From Klebsormidium nitens (lineage: Eukaryota; Plantae; Klebsormidiophyceae): a stretch of DNA of 64,000 bases. Positions 56,201 to 64,000 of this stretch are shown one piece after another; positions within the stretch are counted from its first letter, which is position 1; the number at the start of each line of letters is the position of its first letter. The notes below the pieces were generated by a model, which was not told where the DNA came from, searched no databases, and was given only the letters and a program-made list of their open reading frames with translations. The position numbers and the translations under genes are program-made. The stretch is taken from the NCBI GenBank assembly GCA_000708835.1, contig DF236958.1, forward strand, positions 62,001 to 126,000, in the 5' to 3' direction.

Positions 56201-59200
56201 TCGGCCGCCTCTTTCTCGAGCCGTGACACGGTCACCTCAAAATGCGCGCGCTCCTCGGCCTGGGTCTGAGTCAGCGTGGTGACCGTCTGCGGAAAGAAGG
56301 AAGAAAACAGAAAAGAAATTATTTCCCTTCCGCCTCCCGATATGAACGGGTATCCAAGGCAGCTCGTTCTCAGTTAAGCGACCGTGTCTTGCCGAAAAGA
56401 CACGGGGCTATGAAACCCTCTCTATTGCGAATATAAGCAGCTTCACTCCATTCTTTTGTGAACGTCCTCCCGGGAACTAACGTTTTCTCTGAGGAGTGCG
56501 TTATCCAACATTTCACAGACTATCTCCGTTCCTTTCGACCTTCAAGTACTGATCCACCCACCTCGTTAGACTGCGCCAGGCTGGTTTCCAGCTTGAGACT
56601 GTACCCCTCGAGCCGCTCGACCGCCGCCGTCAGCTTATCGAGCTCCGCCTGTTGCCGTTTCGAAAGGAGCCGGTAGTCAAGGTCCTCTTGAATCTTGAGA
56701 TTGTTTTGCACTTTCAGCGCGCGCTGTCCGAACTGTAGGGTGCTCAGGGTCTCCTGGAAGTGCTCCGGGTTGGGGCCGATCGTGATGATCAATGACGTGC
56801 GCGCGGAACCTGGAAGAAGTGGGTAGGGGGATTAAGTGATGGGGTTAAGGGCCTTTACAGCGAGGTTTGAAAGCGCTGACGGTTTGTCTGGAGGAGGCTC
56901 AGAGTCTCCGGGAAGTGCTCCGGGTTGGGGGCATTCGTAAGCATCAACGACAATGACGTGCGTGGGGAGCTTGGAGGTAGTGGGTAAATATGGGGTTAGG
57001 AGATTCGAGGGCATGGTTAGCGTAGCTTGAAAGTGGGGTTAATGTGCCTTAAGAGTGTGTCTAGGAGAATATCAGTGAGATGTGGGCTCAAGCATTAGCC
57101 AGGGCAGACTTTGCGAGATTCATACAAATCTCAATTGAAAAACAATGGTTTCTCTACTCAGGTAGAGAACTAACTGTTGGCCTGACCTGTTTTGCCTTTG
57201 CTTCCCACGTTTTCGAGGTGCATCCATTGATCGGGCCGCAAAAACGGATGGTTTCGCAATGTTTGTAATATTCAGTATTCGCCGTCAGTGTCTCAAAGTG
57301 AAGCAGACGGAATAAGCGCTCTTACCTCCAAACGAATCCTTGAGCAATCGGGTTAGCTTGGACTCTCGGTAGGGGATGTGCCCCGGGTTTGGTTCGGTTA
57401 GGCAGTTGATGCACTTGCCGAGCGTGGTCAGCGATAGGTTGATGCTCTTCGCTTCGTCGGCCATGTGGCCAGCGCTACCTGGAACGGGTTCGAGGTCCTT
57501 GAGTTTGAGGCTTCGGAAGATCGACTGCCAGGGCTTTTTTGTGCAAATAGGGCCACCATTGTTGATCGTCTCGAGAGGTAAATATGGCTGAAAGAACGAA
57601 TTAGGGGAGGACCGCTTGACAGCTTTGCAGCTCGCGTTGCTTTGTCGCCAGATGGAAATTTGTTTGCGACTCGTTTCTCGGCCAGACTCGTGAGTTTCTC
57701 GAGTCTGGCCGATGAGGCATAGCGGCTGATTTATCCAGAAAAGACGATCCTTTATAGAAGAAAAGCTTACAATCTCTCAGCGTTATGGCTATGAAATGGT
57801 CTCCACGAAAGATCCGATTGCGGGTGCAATCAAGCACCCGCGTCTCGAGCTAATCAAAGCGACGTGACGTTTATCAATGACCGGCGCATCGAAAGCTGGC
57901 CGCACCTGATTTGTTGATTCTTTCAGACCCAGCCAGATCCGCCAGGTAGAGCTTTCCGCGTCGGAGCAGCACAATGTTCTCCCCTTTGTCCGCGTCCTTC
58001 GGCTGCCGCAGCACCGTCAGGATCATGAGGGCGTGACTGCGACTAGAGCTGGCGTTCTGCAACCGGAATGACGGAAATAGAGTTGGAAACCGGAATATAG
58101 ATAGGAGGCTGCTGAAGCGAAGGACGTAAGGTAGCCAAGGAAAGGCGGGTCCTTTTGAAGCATGCGGCAAGGATTGGAGAAAAGATGGATTCTCTGGTTG
58201 AGAGCAAGATTCATTTGCAGACTTCTGGGATAAGGATAGAACAAAGTCGTGAAACCGCGTCTCAAGTGGTTGGAAAGAGCGATTCCATCGGGAAATCCTC
58301 AAAAGCTTTGCCATGACTACAATTTTATCAACACAGTTACTTTTCTGATCTGATATGCCTTCCAATGCTTGTGTCAATGGATTCGAAAACATGTTCACGT
58401 TTGCTTGTTCGAAACGAGATGAGGAAGAACGCAGCCGCTTAGAAAGTGATTCTTAGAAAGTAGCTTACCATCTTCTGATTAGCCACGACCCTGCTCTTGC
58501 TGGCAACCTCCATGATGCTGATGCAGTGGTCCAGGTTGTCCAGCATCACTTCCTCCACGCCGGGCATCGTCACCTGCGCAAACGCCACGTGGCTGTCTGT
58601 TATTCGCCGCAAGGTCTTTCGACGCAGCTCGTCTCGTGGCGCTTTCAAGAACGAACGTCCTCCTGTCCGGGTCAGTCGCTTCACGACTGACTCAATTCAA
58701 AGTCGTTCGTTTATCCTCTTCTAAGGGAAGTGCGTGCCTATCTTATACAAATGGGAAAGAATCTCTGTCTCCAGTCATTCCTTTGAGACTGTTCGAAAGA
58801 GACTCTAATTTCGGGTCAACTTATACACCATTGCCACGGAGTGTTTCTCAGTCAGCTCGTCTTCAATCGTTCTTCGTCCAGCTGAGCACTGCATTGGCCC
58901 TGGCAAGTTGGCCTACCTCTTTGGTGTCCGGGTCTTCGTAGAGGGTGATGTTCGCATTCTCGGGTCTTAGCAAGTCTTGCACCATCTCCATGTACATCTG
59001 CAGCTCACTCAAAAGTGTGGCATTAACCGATTTTAATCGTCATTCAGACTGCTTCGTCAAAGAAAGCATCCATCTTCAAGCAGGTCCTAGAGTCTGATCG
59101 GTCAGCGGCATGACTGCACGCCTGTTCCAATCTCGTTGGTCTCCAGATGTGAGTTTATGCGTCGAAAGCGAGTATAAGAGCAAACTTTTGACGTGTGTTT

Positions 59201-60952
59201 TCAGATTCAAACCAAGCAGTATCTGGGGGTATCAAGAAGAGCGCAGCTTGTACGGCCAGACTTTTGCGATTCGTAGGGATTCGCAGTCGTGCGCAGCCCC
59301 ACCTGTACATAGCTCAGCTTGATGCTCGTGTTATACTCGGTGTCAGCTACTGCCTTCTCGAAGAGGTCCTCCACTGCCCGCACCATCATGCCCCGCGCAC
59401 TCTTGTCCTCCAGGCCGATGTTCGCGAGCGTGTGCGTCTTTCCGGTTCCCGTCTGGCCGTACGCAAGCACTGTCCCGTTGTAGCCTTGCAGAACGCTCTG
59501 CAATATCGACGTGCCAGATTTTATGGAGTGAAGGGGCTTGAATTACGGTATTAAGCCCCTCTAAATGGAGGATTTTGTGATTTTTGGAGCAGTCCTGATA
59601 ACTCACGAAGAGTGAAACGGATCGTTGCCTTGAGCAGTTGAAGTAGCTGAATCAGATTCGAATGAAGATCTGCTAGGCAAAGTCGGCTCGCTCTTCAGGT
59701 AGAAGGCTCTCAGACATCATTCGAGCTGACCAAATAGGTAACAGAGCTTTTCGGTCGTGTAGCCTGCAAAACCGTTTCATAGACCGCGTGAATCAGTACA
59801 TCGACCACCCCAACAAAGACACGGCCCCATTCGTGGCAATCTGCAGGAACAAGCTTGAAATTAAGCGGCGCGCGGCGTCTAAGAAAGCCTTGTTGCAAGC
59901 CCACCTGCCCTTGTGAGCCTCAGCTCACCTCGACAACCGGCTGCGTGACGGTCTCATACACCTTCTTCTGGCTTGCATGGTCCGGTAGAACGGTGTCATA
60001 AAAGTACGAGTCGGTTTCCCAGTGGTTCTTCTTGAGTGTCACCCGCTTGATCTCTGGTTCCATGAATACGACGTCCGCGAAGTCTTTGTCGCCTTTTGTC
60101 TCGTCCGCCGTCCGAGGCCGCAGCCGGACCACGACGCGGACGCGTCCGGCGAGCTGCTCTGCAGGTCGATGAGGGCTCGGGTCAGCTCATAAGTGGTTGG
60201 CATTGGCACTCAGCACTTCATTGAACATAAATCTGTACAATTGGGAAGTACATATCAGCAGGATTGGGAACCTCGTAAAGTCCAATCATCAAGGGTCAAA
60301 AGAAGAGATGACGTAGGCGTTGTAACTATTCAATGTTTTCGAGCAACTTGAATCCTTGTTTGGGCAAGATGCTGGAAACACCCTAGCTGAAATATGCTCC
60401 GCAGGTTCCTCCAACTTTCTGCCACCCGTGATTGGTGCCGTCATACCTTAACCCCCCTTGCTCATTTCTCACAGAAAGTCTTCGTCGAAGAAGAGGATCA
60501 TTTGTAGGAATGTTCATGGCCCCTCCATGTCAGACCAGACTGACATGTGTGACATTTATGGACCCTTGAAAGTAGGTAGAGCTTCTTGCCAGGTGGTCTG
60601 ATTGACAATTCGCCAGACCCTGTTGAAGGACACATAGGGCCCGGGGCACCCGAGGCTCCACTTGGCCTATCGAAAGTTGAAATACTTCCACAATGCTGAA
60701 CCGCACATACTGCACAAAATCGATTGCCTAAAAGGTGATGGCATTCTGCTGACCTTCTTTCTTTGCTTTGGGAACTTCATCCCCCTTGGAACTCCTCCTT
60801 GCGGTTGCGGAGCCATCCTTTGGTGGACTCTGCACGCTGGCCCCATTCTGCCTCGCTGAATGGGGCCGCTTGCTAGTCGTTTCCTGGAAAATGCTGGGCC
60901 CCCTCGGTTTGCTGCCCGGCGAATCCTTGTTGAAGCTCTCTGTGCGCTTCAT
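50232..60952 (-). CDS. ARK: Armadillo-repeat kinesin (motor, coiled coil, ARM repeats), about 976 aa, 19 exons
   Basis: In-frame exons: 60952-60754, 60158-59929, 59497-59303, 58997-58917, 58573-58469, 58056-57906, 57478-57326, 56809-56562, 56286-56080, 55790-55470, 55060-54971, 54456-54270, 53675-53583, 53257-53132, 52771-52646, 52303-52181, 51782-51660, 50679-50554 and 50278-50232 (last exon tentative). Motor motifs: RVRVVVRLRP, P-loop GQTGTGKT, switch I SSRSH, switch II DLAGSER and HIPYRESKLTRLL. The ARM repeats THRLAAGAIANLAM, QTQRMVAGAIANLCGN and DVLAQVARGIANF match plant ARK kinesins. Confidence 0.96.
57678..57712. other. Perfect 13-bp inverted repeat with a 9-nt loop in an ARK intron
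   Basis: tcggccagactcg-tgagtttct-cgagtctggccga. Confidence 0.85.
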
Positions 60953-63322
60953 TGTGTCTGAAGGCTGTGGACGTTATGGCTGTTTGGTGCAAAGCTGCTA
61001 GCATCTGAGCTTAGGGACGAATTGTTGAGCAAGTCATGTCGAAGAAATGAGTTTTCTATATGCTGCTGGTCCTTTTCCATGTGCTACTCATGAGGAGCCA
61101 GATGCCAAACTTTCCTTATTTTTGTGCTGATCGGGCCAGGTTTGTAACCTTGTCCCGCCGATCACTTACAATCGGGTTACAATCCTTCGTCAAGCACCTT
61201 GGGCATGGAAACAAACACCGTCTCGAGTCTGGTTCTGCTTGCGTTGATCACATTATCTTGACAGGTGAGGAACTTTCGCATTTGCTATGCGACTTGGCAG
61301 CATTATGCAGGGACGCCCCACCCTTGAAACTTTCAGGCCGCCCAAGCCTGAAGGAAGCCTGCAACTTGAAGGCTGAAGCTGGTAGCGACGCTTCGCATCC
61401 AGGCGCTGACTCGATGAGAAGTAAGATCCAATCCTTCTAGTACTACCTTGCTCTCGGCTGAACAGATGTCAGATATTCTGGCGCGGAGACGGCTAAGGAA
61501 ATCGCGTCCGAGTCTAGGCTAGGTTTTCTAGTGCCTCTGTGTATCTCATATACCGGACTTGAGTAGCGCGCGAGCATCGCTCGGTTTCCAATTTTAGCCA
61601 AATGCGAGCCCGGTGGTTTTGTAGTGACCGGTTGACATTGACATGGCCTATGTAGCTAGGTCCCGACTTCCTCTACGAGGTGCGTGGTAGGTATGTCCCC
61701 GGGCTGCCAACACGGTCGCAATGTTATGGTGTTATTTACAATCCGACCGCTTTACCGGTACGGAGAGGGTCTGTGTCAATGGTTCACATCCTATGCTCCT
61801 ACAGACCCAAAAAGAGCATAGGACTACCGCAAGCAGCTAGAGGCGTATACGCCGATTCTATGACTAATCAGGCCACTTATACTACCGCACGTTCTTAAAA
61901 TTTCAGGTTCTTTATAGGCAACGCTACGGCAACTTCTACCACGATTCTACATTGAAGAATGTCTATATGACTACACTGGAGCCGCTAAAAACCCCTCCGA
62001 GGTCCCTTGGCTTTTAACTTGGGCCCGCCTTTTGTGGAGGGGAAAAGGTACTCCAGTGTGGTTCCCTGGGAAGTGACCGGTTGCTCAAAGTGAAGGCTGA
62101 ATGTCATGCGACCGTCGAGCATACTGGCGACGGTTACTTGGGTCCTTCGCGTTTTTGTACCCTAAAGCTACTCCCCACTGTCCCCAGCGTGGTACAAAGG
62201 TCATTCAGCGTGTGTTTGTATTTACAGTAGTGCCCCGGGTGCCAATCTACTGGGTTTCTGCTCAGGCCGAGCTTGCACTGCTTTGAGCTGACCGTCGCTT
62301 CGCCGGGGCCCTGCGTTCAACCACTGAGTTCTTAGCACGTCTGCGTGAATGCAGAGTTGGCCCCTAAACATACCTAATAGAATGAAGCTGGCTGGATGAT
62401 TGTAGAACCCTGAAGATACTACTACGGTAGTACAGGCTTCGTCTCCCAAGGTAGAATACAGAGTTACTACTCATGTACATGCACGTGAGAGCGCAATCGC
62501 TGACGTCACATGTCGTCTTCCGAGTCAACTCGTGGGTAACACATGATGCACTGTCTTCTTTTCTGCCACTGCCACATCACAAACTTGGCCCCCCGACGAA
62601 CTGGCGCCTTAAAGGCGCCAATTCGGTTTGCTCCAAATAGGCAACAAAGATTACAACACTTTGACACAACAAAGGCACCAAAAATGCTTCGAGGGACTAA
62701 GTGACGCCCAATTGACGCGTGCCTTTCGGACGTCAAATATGCTTCAGGTCCAATCTGGTGTTCTTTTGGTGTCACTTTGGAGACTGATGGGCGGAAAACA
62801 TTACAACAGTTTGGTATGGGCATTGGTGGTGCCTTTTAGGCGCCAATCTGTCGGGGGGGGGAGTTTGTGATGCAAGCCTCATCATGTCACATGTGACTGG
62901 AGGTTCAGGCATATGGCAAAAAGAAGCATGCTTGGCAAAAAACAATACCGACAATGGACTCACATAGTGAGGCAATTCTGCAGGCCAGCAAGTTGGTGCA
63001 ACATACTGCAATCACACACAGACTGCTGGCGTGCAGAGTGCAATCTCAGGAGTCTTACACTCTTCTCAAGTCACGGCATTGCCTCTTCCAATGCAGCATT
63101 GCCTGCCTCCTCAACACAGGGCAGACTGTCACAAAGATCGCTCTCAGGGCACCAAACGATTGGCGCAAGGAACATTCTTGCTCCTATAAGGGAGACGCAA
63201 TACTGTTCCAACCACGTTTGGATTCTGCTAACGTCTGCTCCTTCTCGTTTCTCTTGCCCATGGATTGGCACAGTTCCCTGCATTGACCCAATTTGCTAAG
63301 ACCAGTTTTTTTGGGGGCCACA

Positions 63323-64000
63323 ATGGAGTCTTACTACAGCACGTGGCAGCAACCCCAGAGCGGCGCACCCCCGAAAGTCGAGATCACCTCGCCGGCGGGC
63401 GCCTGGCCTCGCAATCCCGTTTGGCATAACGTTAATCCAGATGAAACCCCGCGACAAGTTTCCGGGGGGCGGTCCAGCGGAAACGCTTACGTATGGTCCC
63501 CCCCCACCAGCCCGGCCTGCATCTACCGGGAGAGTCCCCGGCTAGAAAGTTATGCGAGCCCGACGTCGCCTTCCTGGGGGGGTCACCCGCAGGTTTATGA
63601 TCAGGGGGGGGTTGCGGCGCAGCCATTTTATCCCCCGTCAAAGGCAATCCCGATCCGGTCGCCAAACCACCGGCCAGTGACGTCGCCCGTGACGTCACCC
63701 ATCTCTCCGATGTCCCCCGCCTCTCCTGAGGCGTTCTCGCCGATCTACGGCCGCGGGCCGCCGAAGCCCAGCTACAACTGGGGCGTGCATGCAGAGGGGG
63801 GGCAAATTCGCCCCTGTAACTGGGGGGAGGAGCAGATGTCGAGCCAGAATCGGAGCAGGAGAGAACAGCCCACGTCTCCGCAGATGTACTATTCTCCGAT
63901 GCTGTCTCCGCAAAGGGTTTCCGAGCGGAGTAATAGGGCAGCGTATTTTGGCTGGGATGGGGTTTTGGCGTCGGAAGGATCGGTGGTGAGCCCGAGGAGC
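63323..64000 (+). CDS. 5' part of a Ser/Pro-rich, probably disordered protein; open to the end of the window
   Basis: The ATG at 63323 opens 226 codons with no stop (MESYYSTWQQPQSGAPPKVEITSP...VTSPVTSPISPMSPASP...), with many SP/TP dipeptides. It is absent from the ORF track, probably because its stop lies outside the window. Confidence 0.7.
   Translation, partial: MESYYSTWQQPQSGAPPKVEITSPAGAWPRNPVWHNVNPDETPRQVSGGRSSGNAYVWSPPTSPACIYRESPRLESYASPTSPSWGGHPQVYDQGGVAAQPFYPPSKAIPIRSPNHRPVTSPVTSPISPMSPASPEAFSPIYGRGPPKPSYNWGVHAEGGQIRPCNWGEEQMSSQNRSRREQPTSPQMYYSPMLSPQRVSERSNRAAYFGWDGVLASEGSVVSPRS

Noticed and set aside
61060-63299. Several 60-130 aa ORFs between ARK and the Ser/Pro-rich gene
   Set aside because: No motifs, no splice-consistent model, and overlapping frames on both strands; probably intergenic or heavily decayed.

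Overview
This is eukaryotic nuclear DNA with GC-rich exons and many GT-AG introns. The plant-type LRRs and an armadillo-repeat kinesin suggest a streptophyte green alga, probably Klebsormidium-like (inference). The ORF track is mostly exon fragments, so I rebuilt spliced models by hand and checked exon phases. Housekeeping block 1 (1-30.4 kb) holds uracil-DNA glycosylase (+, 5' end outside the window), an A1 aspartic protease with a very long pro-region (-), a HAD-like protein with a long disordered N-terminus (+), and a WD40-type gene with one in-frame TAA (-). An accessory-looking block (about 30.5-50.2 kb) holds decayed coding fragments, an intronless Cys-rich GPI-type orphan (-), an intronless LRR protein fused to an XK/Xkr-scramblase-like multipass membrane domain (+), a spliced gene with a Bro-N-like segment (+), and a telomere-like G-rich tract. 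Block 2 holds ARK kinesin (-, 19 exons) and the start of a Ser/Pro-rich gene that runs off the window. The most notable observations are the kinase-less LRR-XK receptor architecture and repeated 'ghost' copies of splice junctions inside introns of three genes. Also notable are a single stop at a probable Trp position in an otherwise intact gene and a small G-rich MITE-like family in introns. No rRNA, tRNA or CRISPR array was recognised.
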